Source of the DNA: Candidatus Heimdallarchaeota archaeon
Lineage (GTDB): Archaea; Asgardarchaeota; Heimdallarchaeia; Heimdallarchaeales; Heimdallarchaeaceae
DNA: 46,982 nt
Reading direction: 5' to 3'
Assembly (NCBI GenBank): GCA_030668825.1
Contig: DAOVET010000010.1
Span: forward strand, 1 to 46,982
Shown: in pieces, positions 8,360 to 18,071 of the stretch
Numbering within the stretch: position 1 is the stretch's first letter
How the letters are laid out: each line of letters starts with the position of its first letter
Made by a program: the position numbers and the translations under genes
Notes under the pieces: model-generated
Seen by the model: only the letters and a program-made list of their open reading frames with translations
The model's database searches: none
What the model was told of the DNA's origin: nothing

Positions 8360-8692
8360 TTAAAGAAAATCTCTGGAAAGTCCCTCTAAATCATTAAGTT
8401 TTGTTTTAGTTAGTTTGAAATTCATAACTTGACAACTTTGTTCTGCTTGTTTAGGTTTAGTTGATCCAGGAATAGCTACAACAGTTTCTCCATGAAAATT
8501 AATTAATCAATTAAGAGCTATTTGAGCTATAGTAACTTCAAGAGAATCAGCTATATGACCCATTGTTTCTATAAGCGATTGGCTTTTCTTGAGATTACTT
8601 CTACTCATCATTTTTCTAGCAAAAGGTAATTTCTTGGATTGTTCATTCCTCTTATGGAATCTCTCTGTAAGTATTACACTTTGCAAAGGAGG
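8360..8692 (-). pseudogene. aldo/keto reductase C-terminal remnant
   Basis: PPLQSVILTERFH...VTIAQIALN*LINFHGETVVAIPGSTKPKQAEQ...; in-frame TGA (8507-8509) at the conserved Trp; 5' part absent. Confidence 0.75.
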
Positions 8693-8932
8693 TGGGTTTT
8701 CTGGTATAAATAGTGGTTAGTTTTGTCGAAAGTTCTGTTAAGTTATTTAATTACAAAGGAAAGAAAAGAGGAAAATCAATACTAGAGGAAGAAAAAGCCA
8801 TGTTTTTATTAGAAAATAACAGTCGAAAAGAAGAATCGACTGTGAAAGCTTGTCTTTAAAAGCAAAATACTAGAACTGAAATTTCAGCTGTCTAAACTCG
8901 TTTTTGTATTAAAAAAAAGGAAAGAATGAAGC

Positions 8933-10609
8933 TTATTTTATCTTTATTTCCTCAGGTAAAATCAGCCATATATGAGTATTCTTAAAAGGTTTTAGCCACT
9001 CCTCTAAAGTTAGATCAATTTCCCCATCTTTATACCAAATAGGTGCTTCATTATTAGATTTGTAAATGTCTACTATTCTATATTTTTCTGGCTTTAGATG
9101 TGCTAATTCTGCTGCTTTTTCTATTGCTTTAGTAATACTTCCTAGTTCGTCTACTAATCCTAGGTCTTTGGCATCTTCTCCAGTCCAAACTCTTCCTCCA
9201 CAATGTTGTTCAAACTCTTTTCTTTCCATCTTTCTAAATTCAGCAACATGTTCTAGAAACAAGTCATAGAAACTAGTAATTTGCTTAACAACAATTCTTC
9301 GCTCTTCTTCTGTAAAAGATTTTTCAGAACTAAAAATTCCTGCTCTTTCTCCTTTTTTAAGGAAGACTCTGTTGATTCCCTGTTTTTTTAATGCTTCTTG
9401 AGTTATCATTTTTCCTGATAAAACACCTATAGAACCTGTTAAAGTCATAGGTTGAGCAACAATCCAACTAGCTCCAGTTGAGATGAAATATCCTCCAGAA
9501 GCAGCTACATCGTTGAAGTAAACAACTAAAGGTTTGTTTTTTACTATTTCAATTGAAGCAGAACGCATAGCTTCAGAGGAAGCACCAGATCCTCCTCCTG
9601 AATTAACATGTAAAACAACAGCTTTGACTTTCTTATCTCTAGTAACTTTTCTCATTTGCTCGACAACAGTTTGATCTCCTGTTTGAATATCACCAAAGAT
9701 AGGGATAGGTAACTTCACAGGTGGTTTCTTACTTTTACCATCAACTATTGTTCCTTCAACACTAATTATCGCTATTTTTTTTCGTGATGAGGGAGGATGA
9801 GGAATAGTAAGCATTTTAAGTGATTTTTTCCAAGTAACAAGTTTAAATTTACGGTATTTTGAATACTTATTCGTAATTATATCAATCAATTTTTCTTCAT
9901 TTGTCAATTCTTTTACAAGACCTTTTTCAATAGCTTCTTCAGAAGTATATGGAGCATTGTTGATAATGTCAATAATTTCTTCTTGAGATTTGTTAAGTGA
10001 AAGACTCATATCAGAAACTAATGATTCAAACGAAGAATCGATAATAAGCTGATATTGTTCTCTATCTTCATCAGAAATATCTGTTCTAATAAACATGTCA
10101 AAGGCAGATTTATACGGAGAAATAGAGATAGCATCGAAATAAAAACCATACTTCTTTAAGACATCTCTCATATGTAGTCTTGACAATTGAAAACCAATAA
10201 TTGAAATACTACCACCGTTTTGTAGGAAAATTGTGTCTGCAGCTGTTGCTACATAATAACTTAGGGTATCGTAATAGTTTGCATAAACAATTATTTTTTT
10301 CCCCTTTTCTCTAAATCTTAAAATAAGATCTCTAAGTGATTGTAATCTAGCATTTCCATCAGGAATTGTACGTAAATGAAGAACTACTCCTTCTAGAGTT
10401 CTGACCTTTGCTAAGCGATTGAAGTAATTATCAAGAAAAGCAAGGTTAAGTATCTTTGTAGGAAAAAGTCTTTTAGTAATAAAGTTCTTGGGTGGTTCTG
10501 GACGTTCATTAAGAGAAATATCTAAATCTAGATATATCCAACGTAATTTAATAGATTTAATCTTTCTTCCAATATTTCGGAATCCTCTTATAAATATCTT
10601 GAAAACCAT
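8933..10609 (-). CDS. sppA: signal peptide peptidase SppA, long two-domain type
   Basis: Duplicated S49 domains; YKSA, VNSGGGS, AASGGY, GSIGV, GRVWTG..A..LGLVDELG. Confidence 0.92.
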   Translation of the reverse strand: MVFKIFIRGFRNIGRKIKSIKLRWIYLDLDISLNERPEPPKNFITKRLFPTKILNLAFLDNYFNRLAKVRTLEGVVLHLRTIPDGNARLQSLRDLILRFREKGKKIIVYANYYDTLSYYVATAADTIFLQNGGSISIIGFQLSRLHMRDVLKKYGFYFDAISISPYKSAFDMFIRTDISDEDREQYQLIIDSSFESLVSDMSLSLNKSQEEIIDIINNAPYTSEEAIEKGLVKELTNEEKLIDIITNKYSKYRKFKLVTWKKSLKMLTIPHPPSSRKKIAIISVEGTIVDGKSKKPPVKLPIPIFGDIQTGDQTVVEQMRKVTRDKKVKAVVLHVNSGGGSGASSEAMRSASIEIVKNKPLVVYFNDVAASGGYFISTGASWIVAQPMTLTGSIGVLSGKMITQEALKKQGINRVFLKKGERAGIFSSEKSFTEEERRIVVKQITSFYDLFLEHVAEFRKMERKEFEQHCGGRVWTGEDAKDLGLVDELGSITKAIEKAAELAHLKPEKYRIVDIYKSNNEAPIWYKDGEIDLTLEEWLKPFKNTHIWLILPEEIKIK

Positions 10610-10723
10610 ACTGATTAATTGAACTAATAAGATTATTTTAATATTTGCTAGAGAATTTCATATTTAAGTTTAATAAAGCACAAAATAAGTTCAAATTGGA
10701 AACTCATGCTTTGTCTCTGATAA

Positions 10724-10942
10724 TTTCTTCTAGATGATTACAATCCATTTTCAAACGATACAGATGGTGATTCTCATATTGATAGCTGGGAGGTTGCTCA
10801 TGGAACGAATCCTAATGATTCAAGTGATTATCCTGATGAAATTCTTGAAACAGTTCCTGAAGAAAGTCCATTCAATTTCGTTTATGTAGTTTTATCGCTA
10901 ATTGCTCTTTCAGGCTTATTTATCTTCAAAAGAAGAAGATAA
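10724..10942 (+). pseudogene. C-terminal remnant of a surface protein (Ca-binding-type repeat plus membrane anchor)
   Basis: DTDGDSHIDSWEVAHGTNPND then EESPFNFVYVVLSLIALSGLFIFKRRR*; in-frame TGA TAA just upstream, no usable start. Confidence 0.65.
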
Positions 10943-11015
10943 TCTCTTTTTCTTTTTTTTTCTACCAACAAGTATTTCAAATAATTTGACAATAAAAAGG
11001 AAAATTTCGTTCTGC

Positions 11016-11318
11016 TTAATCACATCTGGGACCGCAACACATCCAGAAGAAGAGTATACTGAATAGTACATCAAAGAATCCTCTATCACTATGTCTATGT
11101 CTTCGGTCGTCATAGTAGTCTCTTTGTTGAGATTGTTGCCGATATTGGGGGATTTGTTGAATTGGTCCACTTTGTTGAACAGGAGCTTGGTAACGAACAG
11201 GGAGTTTCTCATTCTTATATTGAAGAATCACATCTTCTAAATCATGACCACAATATTCACAAAATTTACCTTTCGCTGTATGCTTACTACCACAATTAGG
11301 ACAAAATATTTCACTCAT
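11016..11318 (-). CDS. zinc-ribbon protein with Q/P-rich linker and Cys-rich hydrophobic tail
   Basis: FCPNCG..KFCEYCG, ILQYK..LPV, tail GFFDVLFSILFFWMCCGPRCD. Confidence 0.8.
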   Translation of the reverse strand: MSEIFCPNCGSKHTAKGKFCEYCGHDLEDVILQYKNEKLPVRYQAPVQQSGPIQQIPQYRQQSQQRDYYDDRRHRHSDRGFFDVLFSILFFWMCCGPRCD

Positions 11319-11494
11319 ACAAGCTTAAATTGAACATTCTCATATATAAATTTAGAGAAATGGTGAAGAGAAAAAGGGAAAGAGATTATTTTCTCTTTCA
11401 AATTACAGGAACTAACGGCATTGCACATATTTTTCTCAAGCGCTTCAAAGGAAAAGATTTTACTAGTATATTGCTATATATTACTCGATATAAA

Positions 11495-12154
11495 ATGGAT
11501 AAAATTGAATTCTTTCGAAGACTTAATCGGAAGATATCCAGAATTCATGTTATTCTAAGTGATGATATGGAAGACGAGCGATTGAAAGAAAATCCTTTGA
11601 TCGTTCATATTCAGAACCATCCAAAATTAAAGTGGAGAGACATTTACAAGTTTCTTATGCAGGGCACTTGTGGTTGGGTACATTTGAAACACCTTGGAAG
11701 TGAGAATAGAATCATGGAATATTTGTTCCAAGAGTTTGCTAGTTCAGGGGAACCATTAGATAATGAAGATTTGTATGAATTGCTGGATTTACAAACAAAA
11801 TATGTAAGACTCAACCTAAGAGTCTGGAAAAAAATAATAGGAGATGATCCTGCAGCTATCTGGTCATTAATGCTAAAAGTTTCAAAAGAAATACCAACAA
11901 ATACTGAACTATTTCTACAAAGATGGCTTGAATTGATAGAATTATATGAAAGGGGTATTATTAAGATAAAATACGGAAGAAAACGAAAATATGGAAGATT
12001 ATTTCAATGGTTAAATTTTGTCCTTGAACTGATTTCAAAAGCTGAAAAAATTTCAGAGATACCACTTGTACGTCATTCAGCTGTTTTCAGGAGAAATTAT
12101 AAACCAAATTACAGAATAGTAAAAGAAGAAGATGTTTTGAAACATATTGCTTGA
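11495..12154 (+). CDS. conserved hypothetical protein
   Basis: DIYKFLMQG..G..HL, VRLNLR, HS..FR..YKP.YRIV; ATG 11495 preferred because TTG 11330 leaves no room for divergent promoters. Confidence 0.6.
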   Translation: MDKIEFFRRLNRKISRIHVILSDDMEDERLKENPLIVHIQNHPKLKWRDIYKFLMQGTCGWVHLKHLGSENRIMEYLFQEFASSGEPLDNEDLYELLDLQTKYVRLNLRVWKKIIGDDPAAIWSLMLKVSKEIPTNTELFLQRWLELIELYERGIIKIKYGRKRKYGRLFQWLNFVLELISKAEKISEIPLVRHSAVFRRNYKPNYRIVKEEDVLKHIA

Positions 12155-12158
12155 AAAA

Positions 12159-12926
12159 TCAGTAAATGAAAGGTATTAGTGCTTTTCTTTCTTCTGGATA
12201 ATCTGGAAAAGTTTCTTTATACCATATGTGGTGAGATCTTGCTCGAGGTAGAAGATTAGCTAATGTCCAGAAAACAAATAATAATCCAGCCCAGTTCCAA
12301 ACAGCTAAACCCCAGCCAATCCACATGATGATTTCTCCAAGATAATTAGGACTCGATATGTATTTGTACATTCCTCCAAAGGGAATTTTGTATCCCTTTT
12401 CTCCTGGTTTTCGTAATGCACGTAAAACTAAATCTGCATGTCTATTGATAATATATCCAAAGATAAAGAATACTGCACCTATTATGAATCTTGGATCTGT
12501 TAACCATGAAATTGTATATGATGATGAATCAGCAAAATGAAATATCCATCTGGCTTGAATGTAGGTATTTGATGATTGAAAAATTAAGCCAAACAATAGG
12601 ATAAGTAATGGCATTCTTTTATTGGTTCTCAGAAAGAAGGGAAAAATCAAATCCCTTTGAATATAATGAAGCATCCACATAACTAAAAGAACTATTGGAA
12701 CCAATTCAGTTCTTCTGTCACTTATAACATATAAAATGATGAAGATAATTATCGCTGGTGATTCCATGATTATCCAAGCCCATTTGGAGCTTATCGAAGG
12801 CCCCCATCCTTCGCGTATATGACGACCATAAGGAGCAGATACGAAAAATAATAAGACTAGCATTGAAACTGCTATAATGGCAGAAGCTATGTATAAGCCC
12901 CAAAAAACATGTATTTCATTCATCAC
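12159..12926 (-). CDS. 3-oxo-5-alpha-steroid 4-dehydrogenase family (SRD5A1/DET2-like)
   Basis: APYGRH, AWIIMESPA, HYIQR, D..LR.LRKPGEKGYKIP.GG, PNYLGEI, NL.PRA..HH.WY, RKALIPF. Confidence 0.9.
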   Translation of the reverse strand: MMNEIHVFWGLYIASAIIAVSMLVLLFFVSAPYGRHIREGWGPSISSKWAWIIMESPAIIIFIILYVISDRRTELVPIVLLVMWMLHYIQRDLIFPFFLRTNKRMPLLILLFGLIFQSSNTYIQARWIFHFADSSSYTISWLTDPRFIIGAVFFIFGYIINRHADLVLRALRKPGEKGYKIPFGGMYKYISSPNYLGEIIMWIGWGLAVWNWAGLLFVFWTLANLLPRARSHHIWYKETFPDYPEERKALIPFIY

Positions 12927-13046
12927 ACAGAGGAATATTTAGGTTTATTTAAAATCTTTCCCCTTCTAAGGAGGGTGAGCAAAATTAAAAAGTAACTATA
13001 CTAATGTCACAAGAGAAGAATAATAGATTGGGATGACTGGAATCGA

Positions 13047-14258
13047 ATGGACAAGCTAGCAAATGAGAGAAATCTTGAATTATTTTGGAATGTTCAGTTT
13101 ATCTATGAATTAGGTTTAGCTATGATGGAACTAGAATCTTTTGGTGTAGAATACTCTACTCAAAATAGTCTTCGAACTTTCACTGCCTCAGAGATTCCTG
13201 ATGAAGAGAAATTTAACAGAAGTACAGCATATTTCCAGAAAATTGATGATCAAATTACTCTTTATTCTAAGTTGGTATCAAACAATATAACTAGATCAAT
13301 TAATCAATATCTAACTCACTGGATTTACCCTTATAAAGGAAAATTCCATCCTCAGATGATAAGAGCTCTATTGAATTGTATGCAAATCAATTCAGGCGAT
13401 ACAATTCTCGATCCTTTTATTGGAAGTGGAACTACAGCCCTTGAAGCTCAGTTACTTGGAATAAATTGTATTGGAATTGATATATCAGAAGTGTGTTTTC
13501 TCGTCTCGAAAGTAAAGACGAATTCCCATAAATATGTTTCACAACTAAAATTGGAATTGGAAGATTTCATCCAAAATATCCTAGATTACAAGAACGAAAA
13601 TGTTGAAGAAAACATCTCTGATAAAATCTCACAAATAGAAAAATCTGAAATTAGGGATTTTTTTAAGGTTGCAGAATTAATAGCTCATAGTGATAAAGGT
13701 AGAAGAAGAAAAAAAGATTTTTCAAATTCATTTCTAGTTAATGCAAATAAAATGCTAACCTCAGTTACAGATTATGATAATTGCATTATTGAAAATAATC
13801 TCACTTTAGGTGAAGTTTCAATATATAATAATGATGTTAGAAGGCTGAAGCTTCCAGCTAATCATTTTGATGGAATTATTACTTCTCCCCCCTATTCTAT
13901 TGCTTTAGATTATGTGGATAACGATAAGCATGCTCTAAAATCTTTGGGACTCAATCTAGACACCATAAAAGAAGATTTTATTGGTGTTAGAGGTAAAGGT
14001 TCAAAGAAAATAGAATTATATAATGAAGATATGAAAAAAGCATATCAGGTGATGGATCGAGTCCTCAAATCTGGAAAATATTGTACAATTATAATTGGTA
14101 ATGCTAGAGTTGATAAAGAAGAGATTAAAACAGTAGAGAATACAATCGAAATTTTCAAAGAGATGAATTATGAATTAGAGAAAAATATAGATAAAATCAT
14201 ATTTGGACTTTACAATATAATGCAGAAAGAAAATATTCTAATTTTTAAGAAGGAGTGA
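13047..14258 (+). CDS. orphan amino (probably N4-cytosine) DNA methyltransferase
   Basis: HWIYPYKGKFHP, motif I LDPFIGSGTT before motif IV ITSPPY; no adjacent nuclease. Confidence 0.8.
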   Translation: MDKLANERNLELFWNVQFIYELGLAMMELESFGVEYSTQNSLRTFTASEIPDEEKFNRSTAYFQKIDDQITLYSKLVSNNITRSINQYLTHWIYPYKGKFHPQMIRALLNCMQINSGDTILDPFIGSGTTALEAQLLGINCIGIDISEVCFLVSKVKTNSHKYVSQLKLELEDFIQNILDYKNENVEENISDKISQIEKSEIRDFFKVAELIAHSDKGRRRKKDFSNSFLVNANKMLTSVTDYDNCIIENNLTLGEVSIYNNDVRRLKLPANHFDGIITSPPYSIALDYVDNDKHALKSLGLNLDTIKEDFIGVRGKGSKKIELYNEDMKKAYQVMDRVLKSGKYCTIIIGNARVDKEEIKTVENTIEIFKEMNYELEKNIDKIIFGLYNIMQKENILIFKKE

Positions 14259-14260
14259 TT

Positions 14261-15352
14261 TTATTGCTTGATTTTTTTATACGTATCAATTATCAGTTTT
14301 ACTAATTCTTCAAAGGAGATGCCTGGTAGGTCTACTTTTTTGTCTCTAAAAAACAGCTTAATTTTCTCTATTAAAATAGTACTTTCTACTTCTTGACCTA
14401 TAAGATGATTCTGCAACTCTGAAAGAATTAAAGGCGGAGAGATGGTGAAATCTCCAGAGATTACCAAATCTGATATTTGGTTATTTTCAAAATGAATAAA
14501 AAGCTGGACTAATCCTCCATGAAACTTCCTCTCTGAAAAAGTAAAATAAGTACCACCCATGATTTTTTGTTGAATCATAGTTCTTTTCTCATGTTCTACA
14601 TAATCTAGCCATTCATTTTGTTTATACAAATTTCTTATCTCTACAATCTTTTCTTTCTCAATTTTTGAAAGCGTGCCAATTTCCAAGTTTACATCTATTT
14701 TTTCTTGAAAGAGTTCTATATACTTTTGAATTACTTCTTCCTTAGATGGTGGATTTTCTAGAAAATAAGAAAAACTCCCCATACGCTCCTCTAATGACTT
14801 AGCAATTTTGTCTCTGAATTTTTCATCAGGAACCTTAAGTATTTTAGACATCTCTTTTGATGGAAAATTGAAAATAAAATTACCAACTAAGATTCTTGAA
14901 TTACCATATGTCACTGCCCCATTACCACTGATTTTCTTCTCTTGAGCCACAATATCATTAATTGGCGAATACTCAGCAGGTACATTGAAATATCGATATG
15001 TTTCTACAACTGGTCTCAAAAAAAACTCATAAAAATTTCTTAAATCAAAGTTATACTCTTCTTTTCTACATATTATTTGATAAAAAACTTGATTGGAATC
15101 AAGAAATACAGACCCTCCTCCACATCCTCTTCTAACTACTGGTAGATTTTGTGATTTAATATACTCTTTTTCAATCGAATTATCTATAATTTGATGAAGA
15201 CCAACACATACAAATGGTTTATTCGACCAATTAATCAGTAATGTATTGGGAGTATCAAATTGATCTTGAACCAGAGCTAGAGCATGATAAATAGCTTGAG
15301 TGTCAATCCACTCAATCTCACCTAAATTGATGAGTCTCCATTTGGATGTCAT
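14261..15352 (-). CDS. lplA: lipoate-protein ligase A family
   Basis: VCVGLHQ, VVRRGCGGGSVFLD, NDI..KKISGNG, C-terminal ISGDF; start MTSKWR avoids overlap with the upstream gene. Confidence 0.85.
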   Translation of the reverse strand: MTSKWRLINLGEIEWIDTQAIYHALALVQDQFDTPNTLLINWSNKPFVCVGLHQIIDNSIEKEYIKSQNLPVVRRGCGGGSVFLDSNQVFYQIICRKEEYNFDLRNFYEFFLRPVVETYRYFNVPAEYSPINDIVAQEKKISGNGAVTYGNSRILVGNFIFNFPSKEMSKILKVPDEKFRDKIAKSLEERMGSFSYFLENPPSKEEVIQKYIELFQEKIDVNLEIGTLSKIEKEKIVEIRNLYKQNEWLDYVEHEKRTMIQQKIMGGTYFTFSERKFHGGLVQLFIHFENNQISDLVISGDFTISPPLILSELQNHLIGQEVESTILIEKIKLFFRDKKVDLPGISFEELVKLIIDTYKKIKQ

Positions 15353-15381
15353 AGTAACGTTCTCTTCTAAAGAAAGACAGC

Positions 15382-16074
15382 CTATGCAGATGCCCAATTA
15401 GTTTCGTTTGTAAGAAAGAAAAGCACATCTCCTGAAGTGTTTAAGTAAATCAAACGTACAAACTCCAACATATATTGAGTTCCATTAATATCTACATTAG
15501 CATAGAAATTGACTGTAATCTCATATTCTAAACTGATACCATAGTTCAAATAAACTGCATCAATTGTATTGTTAATATCTGGGTAATTAGGTTCAGTATA
15601 ATAGGAGGAATTCCATTCATCAGGTGCGCACATCCAAGAAATGAATGTGCCGTTATCTGATCCAAATAAATCAGCATAATTTTCTCTGGCAACTCCGCTT
15701 GTAGGAGCATTAACTATAGTCATTTCAAGGATAAAAACATGAACCAACTTGCTGAATCCACTGTAATCTTCGATGGTTACATTTTCCATAAAACTTTGTT
15801 CGTTTAGAATTAGCTGAGTGATATTATAAATATTTGATAATTCAGGAAGACCAGATATATCATCCCAAATATTAATTGTACTTCCATTAATAATTGCAGT
15901 ATTATTAAGATAAATTGCGCTTTGAGAATCACTTGGTACAGAATTTATTGTGATTGTGCTTTGAAACTCATTCAAACCAGGTGGAGCTGTGCTTAGAGAT
16001 ATAAAGATAATAGGCATTCCTAATAAACTAAAGCCCAAAATGATTACAAACATATTGAATGCATTGTTAGGCAT
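15382..16074 (-). CDS. membrane-anchored extracellular hypothetical protein
   Basis: N-terminal TM, many N-x-S/T sequons. Confidence 0.6.
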   Translation of the reverse strand: MPNNAFNMFVIILGFSLLGMPIIFISLSTAPPGLNEFQSTITINSVPSDSQSAIYLNNTAIINGSTINIWDDISGLPELSNIYNITQLILNEQSFMENVTIEDYSGFSKLVHVFILEMTIVNAPTSGVARENYADLFGSDNGTFISWMCAPDEWNSSYYTEPNYPDINNTIDAVYLNYGISLEYEITVNFYANVDINGTQYMLEFVRLIYLNTSGDVLFFLTNETNWASA

Positions 16075-16144
16075 AATTAAACTGTACCTTGAGGATTTAA
16101 AAAACTTATCAAATAAAAACTAAAAAATTAGTGTAAGATGGAAA

Positions 16145-17374
16145 TTACTTTCCTTTCTTATACTTGTTATAAAAGAAGACAAATGGAACTACTAGGGCAA
16201 AACAACCAATGGTAGCAACAACAAAGTATGCACCAGGATTTAGAAGAGCACTGATTTTACCGATAAAATCGTTTGTCCATGTTTGAGAATCAGCTGAAAA
16301 AGCAAAAGTGACATCAGGAGTACCAGCACTACCAAATCTACTTCCTTCACCATATTGATAAGAGAGAAAGATTCTGCCTTCATAAACTTCTAAACTTGGA
16401 TCTTTTCTGAAATAACCATCTGCTGTATCTCTAACAACTGTATGATATTCAATAGAATTTGGTTCATCAACATCTTTAAACCATGCTCCCCACAGATAAT
16501 ATTCATCAAAAGTAATATCCTGTGCAAGATTAAACACATAAGTAAGTTTATCATGAGCTGCCATGAAGAAACCATCATTCCAACGAACCATAGTTGGATT
16601 GAACTCATCAGTTAGGAGCTGAGGAGCATCGAAGAGTAAAGTTGGTCCTTCAAAAGCATATCCAATTATTGTATAGGTTATTCTCACTTGTTGTTTTAGA
16701 AAAGGTTCGGTGGATAAAATGTAAACTCTACCATCATATGGATATAATTTGAAATCTACACCAAAATAACTGCCAGCTTGAGTTTCTGATAAAACTGTGT
16801 AATCTTCAGGATCTATATGGAAAACATTGGTTTTAGCAATAGTTTGGTTATAACTATAAGCAAAATACAAATTCTCTCCTATATAAGCAACATCAAAATT
16901 ATAAAAATAATCAAAAGCTAATGTTGTATTAAGAAAATAGAACAAATCTGACCATGTTCTGCCATTGTCTGTTGTATCTGTAGCCAAAAATATTAGATTA
17001 TCACTAATTATTTCATGTGCTGCCATAAACAAGTAAGTTATGTCATTAAATGTTATAATTGCTGTTTTGTTAATATGTACTGTTATGTCATCAAGTACAA
17101 AACGCAAAGGGGTTACTAAAGTATCATTATTTTCTATAGTTTGAAATTCTGTTGGAGTCTTTCTAATATTTCTTGAGAAAATATTTCGAGCGTATATAAC
17201 TTCTCTTGAAATACTACTTCTTATATAAACCATCAAGTATTCCCCCTGATTTCCTGCAGTTAGTTGAGGAAGATCATCTGCAAATGTTTCTACTGCAAGT
17301 GTATAATTAGGAATTGAAGAAATCACTAGAACAGATATAAATGTGATGTAGAACAATTTTTTGTTAATTTTCAT
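16145..17374 (-). CDS. secreted Asp-box (BNR/sialidase-like propeller) protein with C-terminal anchor
   Basis: Signal peptide; TTDNGRTWS and SADSQTWT; C-terminal TM plus NKYKKGK. Confidence 0.6.
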   Translation of the reverse strand: MKINKKLFYITFISVLVISSIPNYTLAVETFADDLPQLTAGNQGEYLMVYIRSSISREVIYARNIFSRNIRKTPTEFQTIENNDTLVTPLRFVLDDITVHINKTAIITFNDITYLFMAAHEIISDNLIFLATDTTDNGRTWSDLFYFLNTTLAFDYFYNFDVAYIGENLYFAYSYNQTIAKTNVFHIDPEDYTVLSETQAGSYFGVDFKLYPYDGRVYILSTEPFLKQQVRITYTIIGYAFEGPTLLFDAPQLLTDEFNPTMVRWNDGFFMAAHDKLTYVFNLAQDITFDEYYLWGAWFKDVDEPNSIEYHTVVRDTADGYFRKDPSLEVYEGRIFLSYQYGEGSRFGSAGTPDVTFAFSADSQTWTNDFIGKISALLNPGAYFVVATIGCFALVVPFVFFYNKYKKGK

Positions 17375-17460
17375 TTAGGAGACTCCCGATATTATTCTCT
17401 TGCAAAACATTGTTGAAGAATATATAAATGTTGCCAAGAATAGATAAAAAATCAACATAA

Positions 17461-17982
17461 TCACTTACCATCCATTTCAAATGTTAATCTGATGTTTCGA
17501 AGTTCTTGCATAGCTTTTCCATCAGGATTTTTGTCTACTGTTGAGATATCAAATAAAATCAGAAAGTCATTGTGTTTGAATGCAAATGTTTCAAAAATAC
17601 CTTTTAGCCTATCTCCTTGATTTTCCCACGTACCAGAGAACAAATAACCTTCCTTATCTTTGAAATCATCTATTCGGAAATCAATCACTTTCATAGTATC
17701 TCCAATATAATATTTATTAACTAGTCTGGACCTTAAATCAGAGAGATATTCAAGTGAGAACGAATTTTCTCTGAATGGTTGCCAATAGATAAAAAACAAT
17801 CTACTTGGTTTGAGCATAATAAATGGGAGAAAGGATGTATAATCAAGCCCTTTCAGAAGATGTAGAACATAACCAGAAGGAAAAGTAACAGATCCAATAA
17901 AATCTATACTGGTTTTCTTCTGTTTGTTTGATAAATCAAGAGCTATGCTTATCATCAAAACACTTAGTGTTAAAACACTCAT
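17461..17982 (-). CDS. hypothetical protein with N-terminal hydrophobic segment
   Basis: 173-aa ORF, co-directional with neighbours, no recognisable motif. Confidence 0.5.
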   Translation of the reverse strand: MSVLTLSVLMISIALDLSNKQKKTSIDFIGSVTFPSGYVLHLLKGLDYTSFLPFIMLKPSRLFFIYWQPFRENSFSLEYLSDLRSRLVNKYYIGDTMKVIDFRIDDFKDKEGYLFSGTWENQGDRLKGIFETFAFKHNDFLILFDISTVDKNPDGKAMQELRNIRLTFEMDGK

Positions 17983-18071
17983 ATATATTCCGAAGAATAA
18001 GTTAAATCGTAGTTTAGACCTTCAAGAAGATTAATAAATGCTTAAATCAATATAATGAACTACTAATTAAG

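Noticed and set aside
8507-8509. TGA at a conserved Trp as evidence of recoding
   Set aside because: TGA ends many intact genes here, and the fragment also lacks its 5' part; ordinary decay is simpler.
10916-11212. 98-aa ORF overlapping the zinc-ribbon gene, and the other 60-130 aa ORFs nested in longer genes
   Set aside because: Alternate-frame or antisense shadows with no motifs.
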